A DNA stretch of 64,000 nucleotides from the NCBI RefSeq assembly GCF_009914755.1, contig NC_060925.1; one strand, given 5' to 3'. Positions 1 through 17,313 of the stretch are shown here, in pieces. Below the pieces are notes generated by a model. That model searched no databases. It had not been told where the DNA came from and saw only the letters and a list, made by a program, of their open reading frames with translations. Source of the stretch: the human T2T-CHM13v2.0 reference genome, Homo sapiens. How positions within the stretch are numbered: position 1 is the stretch's first letter; each line of letters begins with the position of its first letter. The translations under genes and the position numbers were made by a program.

Positions 1-621
1 TGTGGTCGATATCATTAGCAATATTAATTAAGCCACGCTGAATTTTAAGGGGTGAAGGGTTCTTTTGAGTATTCAACACAATGAATATAAAATGCTTAGT
101 ATGGCTGCTCATCACTGCTGATGGCTGGTGGCAGCAGAGAAGTAGTATTAACAACAGAAGCTATATTAGGTGTGGGCCAGAAAGAAATGTTATGTTTCTT
201 ATACTAAAATGTCTTTAAGGCCTTTGTATGGAGATTGTTAGAAACCAAGTAGCACACCTCTACTTTCTCGAGGAAACAGACTGAGCTGAGGCAAAGCTGT
301 ACTGAGACAAAGAGTTCCTCAGGAATGGCATGTACGAAACATGCACTACACACAACAGAAGTCCAGTGCAAATGTACACTAAAAAACTGCTTGAACAAGG
401 TGAATGTTTCCAAAGAGAAGTTATGTTAAACATAAAACTAGGCAGGCAACAAGTCATTTGACAAGAAATAACTCACACTAATAGTTATTTCCTTCTTCAC
501 AGGGAAAACAAAAATTAAGAGGTAGTATTACATTAAATTGCTGATGCTTTAGAAAGAGGAAAGGTATCATGCATGAAAGTAGTATTTCTGGCTCCATTTC
601 CACGCACCAAGGAACCACAGC

Positions 622-1110
<489 letters not shown>

Positions 1111-1946
1111 GGTTCAGTTTATTTAGTATGTAGTATGGGATGACATAGTTCACATGTTTTTAAACCAAGAAATTAAAAGATACATATTTCTGGATTTGGT
1201 AATGGACTGGTTCAAGATATCCTGAGTACATCATGTAACAGGATATACACTGAAACTGCATGCTTTGGAGTCGAAAAGGCTTGATTCTAAATCTGTTCAA
1301 ATCTGAGATGACACAGGCTAGGCAAGATATTTAAGTCCTGAGACACGAAATAATACCTATACCTTCCAGTGTTGTATGTACAGGACCCAAAACCATTAAC
1401 ACCAGCAGGTAAATGCCAGGTCAGTGAACATTACTTCCTTCCTTCTAGCCACGTATCAAACTGGGAGTTTGACAGCTCTCTCCAGATTCTGCATTAACCC
1501 CCAGTGTTTAAAGCCAGGCATTGTGTCACTAGGAAACACTGTTGTGCAATGTACCCCATCCCCCTGTCTACCTATTATGGACCTACTAATCAGGAATGTC
1601 ACAGTAACTTTTATAAAGTGATGTTCATATATAACCTGAGAAAATGAGTTCTACAACTAAAGTTCTTACTGTATAAAACTTCAGGATACGCACACACATG
1701 CCAATGTGTATATATAAACATAGTTTTGACTTGAAACTCGCCTCTTTCAAACTCAAAGCTATCACTCCTAGGTCTAGAATAATAAGTCTATTACCCTACC
1801 CACTTCAGACTTCTCTTGAATCTTATAAATCACTTTCTAGTCTGCCTATCCAAACGAAGGCATCCTGTTTGTTTTTAGTCAAGTTCTCACTTCTGAGTCC
1901 ATGAAGCCACTTTTAATCTTGCTGGTTAAGAACAGAATCTTCTTGG

Positions 1947-2080
1947 TAAAGTGGCCACATGTGCTGATTTGCCCAGGACAGTCCTGATTTAGGCCTATCA
2001 TCACCAAGTAATTATTCATAGCACCCCCTTCCACTCACAAAAGTGTTCTGGTTTGCATGATACATTATATGGTGACTCTA
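1947..2080. mobile_element. MER94-like hAT-Blackjack MITE
   Basis: tttgcccaggacagtcc...taattattcatagcaccccctt...ttatatggtgactcta. Confidence 0.65.
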
Positions 2081-2763
2081 CATCTAGCATTCAATTTTCC
2101 CCATCTAGCAAATAAATCAGTACTTTAAACTTAATACATAACTGCGGGAGAGGAGTATGCACCATGCTTGAGATAAGAAAACATCTCCCATGTCCTGAAA
2201 GATTTAGAGATTTGCCACCAAAAAAAAGGTAATATAATTTTCTTTTCATTCTTATAGCCTGCTGCTTGGGATCCTCTTTTTCTCTCCCTATTTTCTAGAA
2301 TCTAGATGGTAATATTTTAAAATCCCATGCATAAAACAATCTAAATATTTAATAGGGAAATATACATCTCCTCATTAACATACTATATGGTTTGAGAGTT
2401 TATATTTACAAATATTTTAAAATATGGCAAAATTTTAAAAATAAAATGCTTTTTGTGAAAAAGCAAGATATTATATGTACATATAGCAGAGGGGAAATTT
2501 TGAAAGGAAATAAGGCAAAATATTAATTGTGGTGGTATTTCAGGTGGTGATACTAGGTGATTAAATTCTGTCTCTGTGTTTCCTAGCTTCACTGAAATGA
2601 ACCTGTGTTTATATTGTTTACATTGAAATACTCTCACAGGTAGCCAAAGAATAAAATGTTCATACTAAAGCTAACTGAATATACAGGGAATGTACCCAAA
2701 CTATAATAAAGCCAAAACTGCTATACTATCTATAGGTACAGCCTGAATAACATGAGGTATTTA

Positions 2764-3255
<492 letters not shown>

Positions 3256-4194
3256 CTAACTGTTAATGTAGCAGTACTAGGGGCAGATAAGTAATAAAGA
3301 GGACATGGCTCAGGTTAACATGACCATCAAACATATGCCAAATTTACCTTCCTATGGTGTCGTATATTATAGGATAAGGGAGGGTTAAAAAGCTCTGACG
3401 GCCACATGAACTATGGAAAAGGTGGAAGAAAATGGACTAGAAGAATGCCTTTCATCAATTGAAAAGGTTCAAGTAGAAAAATGGGATACAGAAAAAAGAT
3501 TTGTAAATGGGGTACTGCCCCACTACACAAGACTTCTATATGAAAGCCTGTTTTCTCAGTGGGTTCAATCGAGAGTTAATGCTGCCCTCAATTCCAATTA
3601 AGATACTTTCTTTCACACATGCCCTTCTATTTAGGGATCACTTTTGTTTGTTTGTTTTTTATAATCTCTGCAATTATCCCATTATTCACCATACTACACT
3701 CCTGCTTTTTTCATCAAAACATTAAAAATATCTTGGTCTAATATCCTTCCTCCTAATTTTCCACATGTCTACCTTAAATTCTACTCAAAAGACTGAAGAA
3801 AACTTGTAACTCTTTAAGGCCTGCAGGCCAAGAACTCGGCTCAGTCTCAATTGTGGAGTATTTCAGCTCTGCTATCTTTAGTAAGTCCTCCTCCCTCAGT
3901 TTTTGATATCAATTTCTATAGTTCCCTCAATATTTTTCCCAAATACAGCAAAAATCTTCCCTAGATTTCAAATCCCTGAAAGAAACTGATTAAGTAAGTA
4001 GCCACATGAGCATGGATTGAAATAGGTCCCATCTGTATAACTTGATTTCAATAGTCTATCATCTCACAGATTATGTGGGATGGCTGGATTCCCACAAGGC
4101 TTGGTCCAGATCTGCCTGTGGTTCCATGCATTGCCAGTATTCCAGAAGGATTGTAAAAATAATTAAAATTCAGTCTTAAGAGCATATCAGTCTA

Positions 4195-4563
<369 letters not shown>

Positions 4564-5313
4564 TTATCTTTTTTCAAAAAATCTTTTAATGCTGCCTATC
4601 TTTTCAAAACAGACACAAACCATACAAATCTGTCTTTGATCCCTTCATATGAAGCTTCTATTTTCTGTTTCTACTTTCAATTTGAACTCAAAATACCACT
4701 AGAACAAGTTCACTATGCTGGTTGCTTTTAAGAGTATACAGATTAAAAGGGGTATAAACATCAAATGTATCCATTAAATACAACTACTTCCTAAAATCTT
4801 AAATTCCATAAATATCTATGTTGAGGGTTTCTTCTAGAACCATGTAATGCACATACACATCCTTCAAATTCCTATTTTAGCACACTGCTGTCTTCTAGAT
4901 GTTCCTGTTATTGTTCTTAATTAAAAAATAAATAAATATAAACACTTAAAGTAAAAAACTATTACTCCTCCCAACCAAATGTATTATTTTGTCACTTCTC
5001 ACTACTCTTTCCCACGTCCTCCACTCCTGCCCCTGTGGCAAAAAACAACCCCTCCTCTAAAATTATCTTAAAATAATGACTTGGATTTCTGCCAACAAAG
5101 CCATTTTGTGTGAGTAATGCAACTTCTATGTTCTCAGTGGAGCCAGACCTTCAGACCTTGCTTCTAACCAGCTGGCACATGCCACCCCTCCCCCAACCCA
5201 CCAACCCCCCAACAAAAAGGAGAATCCACTAAGGTCACTTATTGCTTCTGATCTCTTTTTGAAACATTACAGGGTAGAACCGATATACTGAGAATTGCCA
5301 AAAGTTTATTTCA

Positions 5314-5565
<252 letters not shown>

Positions 5566-6383
5566 TTAAACAAACAAGTATCTCCTGGGCACCAACATAT
5601 TGTCAATAATCACAAACTCAGCTTTGAGGTTGAATTGGCCAGATTTATATACTGGCTCCATCACTTAAATAGTTGAATAAACAGAGGCTACAAATGATTA
5701 TAAAAATCATAGTACTTTCATACTACATAATAATCTAAGAACAAATATCCTGCAAAATAGCAGGAAAAACCTAGATAGGCTTTAAATAACATGATCTTTC
5801 AATATTATGTGAGATAGAATCTCCAAATCCCAGTTTAAGCCATATGAAAAACTGCAGGTGACTTCCTAAGAACACACAAAGGCTCAGTAACTAAAAAACA
5901 AATGAAACAGGTTAAAGTTATTTATTGAATTCATAAATGGCTCAGTTAAATTGGCTATGCTCTATGATCAGTAAAGGTCCATAAAAATACGCTGACATCT
6001 CTCAAAGACTTGTTTCACATGTAGAACATCAAAGTACATCTAATCCCATGCAAAGCACCAAACCAGCTGACAGTGAACCAAAAACAACATATATTCAAGA
6101 TGTATCTATATAAACATGTATCTCAGAGGTAGACAGCTAAAAAGGACCCCTACTATTGGTTTAAGAGAAACCTTAAAAACGTAAGGGATGACCCTATCAA
6201 GGTATACCAGAAATTTCTCACTAATCATGCTGTTCAAAAACATCAACATAAAGACTAAGCCTTGTAAACTAGCTTGGCCACTCCATCTATCCCTAATTCT
6301 GAAACAGAAAACAGATAATCCACCAAGGAAAAACCACATATTCCAAGCTGCATGGACATTTAGATACCTCCAATATGACTTAA

Positions 6384-6458
6384 GACTGGCTCAGAACAAT
6401 GCTCTCATCAGTGAACTATAGTCTAAGTGAGGGCAAGTGTGTATCATCCTTGCCAGTC
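6384..6458 (-). ncRNA. SNORD85: Intronic box C/D snoRNA, SNORD85 (SNORD103C / HBII-251) type; 2'-O-methylation guide for 18S rRNA (G601 from memory)
   Basis: 7-bp terminal stem GACTGGC/GCCAGTC; C box AGGATGA (6450-6444); guide ACTTGCCCTC complementary to 18S GAGGGCAAGU; D' CTTA (6427-6424); C' CTGATGA (6411-6405); D CTGA (6394-6391); same strand as host gene. Confidence 0.9.
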
Positions 6459-6521
6459 CCCAAATCATGACAAGCCTAAGCAAGGTGAAAGCACTGCTCA
6501 TTCCCCTCTGTAATCACCTCA

Positions 6522-6737
<216 letters not shown>

Positions 6738-7059
6738 TCAACCACTTTCTTTTCATTGGAGAAGACCTACCCTATGCTCAGGTTGGGTCAACTTTTAAAA
6801 CTTAATTGTAAATTGTTTCCCTATAATGGTTTTTATATGTCACAGCTGTTAGCGTATAAATTCAATTAATAACATTTCATAGAGTGGAATTTCATTCTAC
6901 CATTCTTACTTTAAACACATTATCTCTATAAGCAGCAAAAAGCACACAAAAGTGATGATTCATTCATTCAAACATTTTATCTCATCTGCCTCATAAAGTT
7001 CTTGTGACAATTAAGTTAAAAGATGAATTTGGAATATCTGGCATCAGCAAGTGGTAGTG

Positions 7060-7200
7060 TTATCAAATATTTAATGCCTACCATGTGGCAAATGGGCAAG
7101 TGAGACAGAGCAATGAACAAGACCGACAAAGCCCCTGTCCTCATGGAGCTTTTATTTTAACGAATGAGACAGACAATAAACCATACTATATAATGTCAGT
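7060..7200. mobile_element. L2 3' fragment
   Basis: caatgaacaagac...cctgtcctcatggagctt L2 signature. Confidence 0.6.
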
Positions 7201-7242
7201 GCTCTGACAAAAAGTGGGTGAAGAAAAAAAAAGAGTGTAACA

Positions 7243-7570
7243 GGCCAGGCGTGGTGGCTCACGCCTGTAATCCTAGCACTTTGGGAGGCCGAGGCAGGTG
7301 GATTATCAGAGGTCAGGAGTTCGAGACCAGCCTGGCCAACATGGCAAAACCCCGTCTCTACTAAAACTACAAAAATTAGCCAGGCGTGGCAGCAGGTGCC
7401 TATAATCCCAGCTACGAGAGAGGATGAGGCAGGAGAATCACTTGAACCTGGGAGGCGGAGGTTGCAGTGAGCTGAGATCGAGACACTTCGCTCCAGCCTG
7501 GGAAAAAGAGCAAAACTCCATTTCAAAACACACACACAAAAAAAAAAAAAAAAAAGAAAAGAAAAAAAAA
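7243..7570 (+). mobile_element. Alu (S-like)
   Basis: ggccaggcgtggtggctcacgcctgtaat start; A-rich tail. Confidence 0.95.
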
Positions 7571-7862
7571 GAGTATTAATGGGGGTTGGGAGGGGTTCCA
7601 GACAAGATGAACAGGGGTAATTTACCCACACATTTAAAGTCAACTGAGTCTCACATGCACACAAAAGATGGAATGAGAATATTTCCTCTTTAACACTAAT
7701 ATATTTATCAAGGTCCACATGGCCCCAAATGAGTTCACCAGATTCGATTTGGTAGGGCTCTCACCTGACTATTTCTATTTCCCTCTCAGAAATTCCACAA
7801 ACATACGCATTAGTCAAGTTCAGTGCAGAATACCAGTTATGCCACTCTGATAAAGGATCTAC

Positions 7863-8187
7863 TTTTTTTTTTTTGGTGGGCGGCGGGTGGCGCGGAGTGC
7901 AGGGAAGAGACAGGGCCATGCTCTGCTGCTCAGGCTGGAGTGTAGTGTGGCACAGTCTCAGCTCACTGTAACCCCTGCATCCCAGGCTGAAGAGATGCTC
8001 CCACCTCTCCTGAGTAGCTGGTACTACAGGTATGCACCACCACACCTGGCTAATTTTTCTATTTTTTGTAGAGACAGGGTCTCACCATGTTGTTCAGGCT
8101 AATCTCTAACTCCTGGGCACAAGCAATCCACCTGCCTTGGCCTGCCAAAGTGTTGGGATTACAAGTGTGAAGCCACTGAGCCCAGTC
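7863..8187 (-). mobile_element. Alu (J-like) with target-site duplication (TSD) AAGGATCTACTTTTT
   Basis: Reverse dimer; flanking direct repeat at ~7853 and ~8188. Confidence 0.93.
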
Positions 8188-8842
8188 AAGGATCTACTTT
8201 TTATTAATGAAACACAGACATCAAAATGCTAGCAATCATTATTATTCTGAATGATGTGAAGAATCTATCTCACAAGATCTACACACTCCAGCAAGCAAAA
8301 ATGCAAAACCCACAAACCAAGGCTAAAATTACTACAGTTCCTAACAATGTGTTTTGTCATATTGTCAAGTGTACAGTTCTTATCAGATCACTTTCAATTT
8401 CACTGTGTTATTTATAAAAGTTAGACATATGGTCAAGAAAATGGGTACAAATTATTCTTGGTACCAGTGGTAAAAAAAAAATGTAAAAAGAGAAGCAACA
8501 CTAATAACCAATTAAATATTTGTTAAGTGAGTATAAGGTGACCAACACTGTCCACACTGGCAAGAAGGGATGTGTGGACACTTAATTTGCCCAATCTTTT
8601 ACTTCTATATCAGTAATAAGTAAGAATTAACAAATGATCTTGCAGATTTGCTGGAAATATCTCAAATAATGTGTTTAAGCCACACTGCCTGATACCCAGG
8701 AGATCATCAATAACCAATAGCAAATCACTATTATCAAGATATTATATAATTTGTTTCTGACCTAAAGAACCTAACCAACTTTGTAAGAGAAAGTGTGTTT
8801 CAAACTACGTAGATAGAAGAGTCGGGGGGCTGTACAGGTGAG

Positions 8843-8995
8843 TTTTACCAAATACTTAGAATTTACATACCCAATAACTCAAAAGAGATCTCACTCTAGG
8901 ATAAGTAAATAGCAAGCATTTTTGCCAAATACTTAGAATTTACATACCCAATAACTCAGAAGAGATCTCACTCTAGGATAAGTAAATAGCAAGCA
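8843..8995. repeat. Tandem duplication, period 77 bp, 2 copies
   Basis: 8848-8918 vs 8925-8995 differ at one base. Confidence 0.97.
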
Positions 8996-10198
8996 CAGAA
9001 ATATGGCAAATGCTAATAGTTCAAAATTGCTGAAGATTTTAAAAAACAATGAAAGCATTGCTTTCACAGAATATAAAGAAGTAGGTTTATGTTTGATTAG
9101 GTGTTCTGTGAAAGGGCAGGTGTGGTAGAGTGGACAAGGTACCTAAAGAGGTAGTCTAAGACTATTGATGAGTCTTGTAATAAGGAAGGAAAACAGTGTT
9201 AGCTTTTTGTCCACTCTCTAGAAATCTGTCCAGTACCCCTAACTACAAATAAAAGTCCTTCAGTTATCTGCCAAAATTCATATATTTTCATTTCATCAAT
9301 AGCTGTCAAATCCATGATTTTATGGAAACAAAATATACAGTTTCACAAGTAACATTTTAAAGTCTAATAAATCACAAAATGACTGAATTTATAAAAACTA
9401 TCCTAGAACAGTCAGCTTGACTAGAACGCAACATATACTTTCTGATAAAATACAAGGGCCCAAAAGGCCAACAGCAAAGTTTAAAAAGAACCTCTCATTT
9501 TAATTACTATGACAAGGCAGTTTACCAAAAAAATCATATTTTCCTCAAATACTTAAAATCAGAAACTGGCACCCAATAAAAAGGAACTAAAACAATGGCT
9601 GCTAATTAAAAACTAATGCTAAAAACTTCTTAGTAGGGTTTGACAGAACCTGTAGGGAATGACAGAAAACTGAAAAGTTAATGATTATTATGTCCATTTT
9701 ATAACAAAAATATATGCATTTAGAGAAGCCATCCAACTTGCCCTAGTTGTAAGCTAGTTAACGGCAGAAGAAACACAAGATCTCAGATTTTCTTTAAGTC
9801 AAGACATCACAATATGGTCAGAAGAAAAGTTGTCAAGACAGAGGCTTATGTTCAAATCTTAACAACTTTGTATTTGTGTGACCCTGGGCACACAAATTGT
9901 ATTTCCTCAATCGATTTCCTCTCAATTATGAAATTCTATTTCATAAAACAAGAAGTTGTACAACTATCATAATAAGAGAAATAGAAATTACATGTACAGC
10001 ACTTAACTCTGCACAGAAAGCTTTCAATAAACAGCAATTAGTATTATTCTTGTTCACTGTATTAGACCTAATTTTAAAACATGGTAATTACTTTAGTCTT
10101 CCAAATGCATAATAATTTGGCAGCCATTTAAACAAAAAGATGATCACACAAATAAATACAGACTTATCCACAAAGAGCAGTTATTAAGAAATTTATTT

Positions 10199-10479
<281 letters not shown>

Positions 10480-10603
10480 AAGAAGAGAGGAGAGCAGAGG
10501 AGAGGAGAGCAGAGCAGAGGAGAGGAGAGCGGAGGGGAGGGGAGGGGAGGGGAGGGGAGGGGAGGGGAGGGGAGGGGAGGGGAGGGGAGGGGAGGGGAGG
10601 GGA

Positions 10604-10635
<32 letters not shown>

Positions 10636-10641
10636 GAAGAG
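10480..10641 (+). repeat. Compound pentanucleotide purine repeat (GGAGA/GCAGA, GGGGA, GAAGA)n
   Basis: Directly visible; uninterrupted (GGGGA)n core at ~10534-10618. Confidence 0.97.
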
Positions 10642-10659
10642 AAATTAATTTATTTAATA

Positions 10660-11262
<603 letters not shown>

Positions 11263-11975
11263 TTAACAGATCACTCATTCTGTCAACAAATTATTTACTG
11301 AATTTCCTTATATATATGGTACAAGAACTGTATCTGTTGCCAAGAAAATCATTTAATAGTGTCCAAATAACGGGGGGAATTTCAAGACCTATTTTTTTTT
11401 CTGTAATTGTGTGGAATCTAAAAAAAAAAAAAAAATTAAACATACACCCTCTGAGTAAGACTGATGTCAAGCAAAAAATTCTTGTTTGGATCATTTAATA
11501 TATTCATATATGAGCAGGGTGTTTTGTCTCAAATGACAGCTTTTATCTGACAATGCGTATCGAAGCCTAAGTGCTGATTTTATTTGCTCCAGAAAAACTC
11601 CATTACTAGGAATTTTTTCCAAGGATAAACTTATGTAAAGGATGTTAATCAATCTCATTTAAAACACCAAAATACTGATACAAATGAAATATCAAATATA
11701 ATAGACTAGTCAAAATAAAGTATCGTTTGGTGGATTTAAATGTACCTAGTAAAAATGTCATTTAAAAGAACACTAAATAACACAGTAAAGTATGAAATCA
11801 GAATGTAAAACCACGTGGACACAATAATGACAATTTTGTAAAATATTAAATAATAAGGCTAAAATAACAGATACCAAACATAATAGCATTGGTTTTCTGA
11901 CATAAGGATTTAGGGTAATTTTTTTTTTCAAGTTTTCTAGTTTACCACAGTTTCTATCAATAAAGAGGTGTTATT

Positions 11976-12266
11976 GGCCAGGCACGGTGGTCACGCCTGT
12001 AATCCCAGCACTTTGGGAGGCCGAGGCGGGTGGATCACGAGGTCAGGAGTTTGAGACAAGCCTGACCAACATGGTGAAACCCCATTTCTACTAAAAATAC
12101 AAAAATTAGCTGGGCATGGTGTAGCGTGCCTGTAATCCCAGCTACTCAGGAGGCTAAGGCAGGAGAACTGCTTGAATCCGGGATGCGGAGATTGCAGTGA
12201 GCTGAGATTGCACCACGGCATTCCAGCCTGGGCGACAGAGCTAGACTCCATCTCAAAAAAAAAAAA
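11976..12266 (+). mobile_element. Alu (S-like)
   Basis: Full dimer; gtgttatt flanking repeat. Confidence 0.95.
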
Positions 12267-12787
12267 GTGTTATTCTAGCAATCAAGGAGGAAATGACCTG
12301 TTTAAAAAAATAAAAGATGTAGTTTTGCAGTTTACCGTCCTTTCTCAACTCAAATAAAAAGCTAATGCAGATATGATAGTTTAAGATTTACATCCAATCC
12401 AATCCAATAGGTACTACAAATAAGCAGTCTAAAAATCTAGTACCCCTGCTTTAGTGTCAAGCCCCTTGCAAAACCCTGAAATGATCTGAAAGTGGTGCTT
12501 AGCAAGCAACTACAGTATGGCAGAACAAAATTTTACTGTAACTTTGAAGATCCACTTTGCCACTTGCAGCTAAGCAATTTCCCTATAGGTGAACTGGTTA
12601 GTATCGTTACCCCACCTAGGTACAATAGTGTCTAATATATAAAAGACATTCCGTAAGAGTAGTTAAATCTGAGCCTGAACTCAGACACACATATATACAC
12701 ACAAGAGGAAATTCATGCATTCACAGTGTTTTTCTATTAGGCGCAATATTACCTATTAATTATCCACAATACTACGATTCCCACTTA

Positions 12788-13012
<225 letters not shown>

Positions 13013-13507
13013 TCATCTCAGCCTTTCCAAAATTACATCTGACTCAATAGATCCTACTGTAAAATATTAACTTAAAAGTATATATTAATTTATGCTAGCT
13101 AATCATTAACTCTTTTTAAAGAATAGTAAACATTATATGAGATCCTTACACCAGTCTTCTAATATAATCCAGGCCTAGAGGAAGAAGCAGTGGGGAATGA
13201 AACATTAGAAAACTAAAAGGGGGAATCACTGATAGAAGGGGTTCAATTTAATAACAGATGGAGGATGTAGCATAGAGACAATATCTGTTGGTAGAAGGGA
13301 GTAAATGGAGGGTTTGCGTGCTTAAAGTGATGGAATAGAACAAAAGGTTAGGATGTATCCTATGTTCAATGATAAGAATGGCACCTAAGGTGATTTAACG
13401 GAGTGCTGTTGTTTCATTAACTCCAGAAAAAGAACATCTATCAGTCTGACAACAAAACCTAGACACTCAACTGAACCTCCACTGCAACTTCAAAGTTGCT
13501 GTTACTG

Positions 13508-13819
<312 letters not shown>

Positions 13820-13985
13820 CTATTTCTATTTTTAAAGTCACAAAGGCATTCAACACAACTACATTCAGACACTGATATGTGAAATTTTAAATTTAAGTCA
13901 ACGTTGAACACAAATAGAAACAAAAAATACAACACCTTGACTTGTTACAGACCTGTTGAGAACCTTAAACAAAATTAAGCATTCT

Positions 13986-14271
<286 letters not shown>

Positions 14272-15151
14272 TTAAGCATTCTGCTTTAATCCAAATTATC
14301 TGTTCATTTTCCTTGGCAACAAAGTACAGCTGCAGTCGGCCACATAAAGTACACAACAGAGATATAACAAAATTATGCAGATATCAACCCAAGTGTGGCA
14401 GAAATCTAATTATAGAATTCTATGACGAAGCTGGTAGCAAGAAACACCAAAGACACATTTGCTAACCAGGAAATGGGCTCAAAGTCAATTCTTCAAATCT
14501 GCTGAAACATATCTCCAAGTTGAACTTCCTTAAAGCAGAGAGTTAAATATTTCCAACTTGATTCATTAACAGTAACCAAACCTTCCTTACACTGACTGAA
14601 GTTCTGAAGAGCTGTTTCAAATATTACAGCTACTCTGATGCTACAGCTAATTCTGGAGAAACACATAATTCATTAAGCCAAAATAAATAGACACATATTC
14701 TTGTTTCCCCCATTTTAAGCTTCCAAAACACAAATAAGTCAAATTGTACCACTGCCCAATATAAATATGTTTTGACATTTCTAATTTGGTGTTTTCTATA
14801 CCTGTGGGCTTAGAAAAGATTAAGAAGCTGTTTACAAGCAAGGGTGCACACTGAAACACTATACCTGGGTACAGAATAAAGGTGTTGCTAAGAAAAGCTG
14901 TTACACTATGAACTATTTTACTATAAGAAGAAAAGGGGTTAAAACATTTTTTAATTTGTCAGAAACTGAACGGCCTAAAAGCCATGTATTCAAGTTTAAA
15001 AAAAAAAAAAAGAGTGATAGAGCCTCATACTCATTTGATTAGTGTTTATAAAGCAGGGTGGTCTTGGGCAGTTAAAGAAATAAATAAGAGAAAAAACACA
15101 CAAAAAAGACCCTAACTGTGCCTTAGTTTCCTCACCTGTAAAAATGGGTAA

Positions 15152-15489
15152 ACAGGTAGAGTGTTCCTTAACCAGAGTGCTTGAGACCAGAAGTGTTACC
15201 GATTTCAGATTGTAGACTATGTGTGTGTCCAAGAGTTATCTTGGGGATGTGACCCAAGTCTAAACACAAAGTTCATTTACGTTTCATATATGCCTTATAC
15301 ACATAGCCTGGGGGTAATTTTACTTTTCCTTTGGGGATGCTGAATAGATGAACTGTGTGTTATGTGCCTGTGGTTTTGACTATGACCCATCACATGAGAT
15401 CAAGGTCAAGTGTGGAATTTTCCACTTATGGTGTCATGTTACTACTCAAAAAGATTTTGAATTTTCAGATTAGGGATGCTCAACCTGTA
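15152..15489. mobile_element. Tigger4b/MER46-like TcMar-Tigger element
   Basis: TIR-like ends caggtagagtgttcct ... agggatgctcaacctgta. Confidence 0.75.
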
Positions 15490-16127
15490 ATACATGTTGG
15501 GAGTACAGCCGTATCTACCTTGAATGAGTGGTTGCAACCTGCAATAATAGTCCCAACGCTCTCCCAAAAGCCAACAAAAGCGAGCCTCTACTGGGCAAGG
15601 ACTGCTATTACCATTAACATCTGCATTACTCTCTAAATTTTCTCAACTGGCATTTCTACTACTATACGCTGGTCACATGGCCTAAGGTTAAATTTAGGAA
15701 AACATCCCAGGGCAAATCAACTGAGCTTGGCACATCAGGATGCCCACTTCAATTCCTGTGTGACTGACACCCTCAAAGAATACACATTTTCATAGTTTTA
15801 ACAGTTAACATTTCCTGTTATTTGTGAAAGTATTAACTCATTTTCACCCTGGCTCAACTGACATATACAAAAAACAAGATTCTGATCACCGAACTACCAT
15901 CTCAGTGACAGCAGCAGTGTCAACCCTAAGACCAGTTCTTTGTTTCAAGTAACATAAATTAGTAAAGACTTCTAAAGAAAGTACAGAAAAGACAATTCAA
16001 GACAGACAGCACAGGCATTCTATATACTATAGTGAAGCATACGCATGAGCTTTGGAGTTAAACCTGGTTCAAACCCCAACTCTACAACATTTAAATTGTG
16101 TGACTTCAAATGAGACAGTTCTCTCTA

Positions 16128-16435
16128 GGTTGGGCGCAGTGGCTCACAACTGTAATCCCAGCACTCTGGGAGGCCAAGGAGGGTGGATCACTTTAAGTCA
16201 GGAGTTTGAGACCAGCCTGGCAAACATGGCAAAACCCCATCTCTACTAAAAATACAAAAATTAGCCAGGCGTGGTGGTGGGTGCCTGTAGTCCCAGTTAT
16301 TCAGGAGGTTGAGGTAGGAGAATCAATCACTTGAACCCAAGAGGCAGAGACTGCAGTGAGCCGAGATCGCACCACTGAACTCCAGCCTGGGCGAGAGAGC
16401 AAGACTCAGTCTCAAAAAAACAAAAAACAACAAAT
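16128..16435 (+). mobile_element. Alu inserted within an old MIR (~16030-16550)
   Basis: Full dimer; MIR-like flanks (ctggttcaaacccc; taagtgctcaataaat). Confidence 0.92.
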
Positions 16436-16981
16436 AAGGCAGCTGTCTGAGCCACAAATTTCTAATCTCTAAAATCATCATCTGAAAAATCATATGAAAG
16501 AAAAGCATTCAGGACAATGCCTGACAAAAGTTAAGTGCTCAATAAATATTAATGATGGTTAGCAGAGATCATTCTCCTACGAAGAGCTTTCTGTTTTCCC
16601 CCAAAAGGGGGATGACCACGGACAGCCAGATGACCCTATGTTAACTATCTTCCCATCATAACCATGCCAAAATGTAAACAATTTTTTAAAAAATCTAAGA
16701 AATGCTAGGCTACATTTAAGTTCATAATTGCAAATTACATGTTACATAATAAGTAGTAAAATTTCGAAGTAATATTTAGTCATGATGAACTTGACTTGGA
16801 GGGATCTTCCCCCAGTGAATATCTAAACTGGAAGACATTTTGTTTGTCCTAATGTTGAATTCAACCCATCATACATTTATGGTCCCATCACGGTGACGGT
16901 AACTGTGCAACACACAGTCAAATAACAAAGATGCCTGTCTTTTAAAAATCTAGTCTCAAGGGAAAGAAAAAAACACTCATA

Positions 16982-17313
16982 GGCTGGGCACAGTGGCTCA
17001 TGCCTGGAATGCCAGCACTTTGGGAGGCCAAGGGAGGAGGACTGCTTGAGCCCGAGAATTTGACACAACACCAGCCTAGGCAACGCTGGCGAGACCACCC
17101 CATCTCTCCAAAAATTTAACAATTAGCTAAGTGTGGTGATGCACAGTAGCCCTAGCTACTCAGGAGGCTGACGCAGGAGAATCCAGTGGGCCCAGGAATT
17201 CAAGGTTACAGTGAACTGTATTCACGCCACTGCATCCCATCCTCGGCAACAGAGTGAGATCCTGTCTCCAAAAAAAAAAAAAGAGAGAGAGAGAAAGAAA
17301 GAGAAAAAAAAAA
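16982..17313 (+). mobile_element. Alu (J-like)
   Basis: Diverged dimer with A/GA tail. Confidence 0.92.

Noticed and set aside
2403-2481. Two Pumilio response elements (UGUAHAUA) on the pre-mRNA suggesting autoregulation
   Set aside because: This 8-mer is expected by chance in AT-rich intron; PUM1 acts mainly on cytoplasmic 3'UTRs
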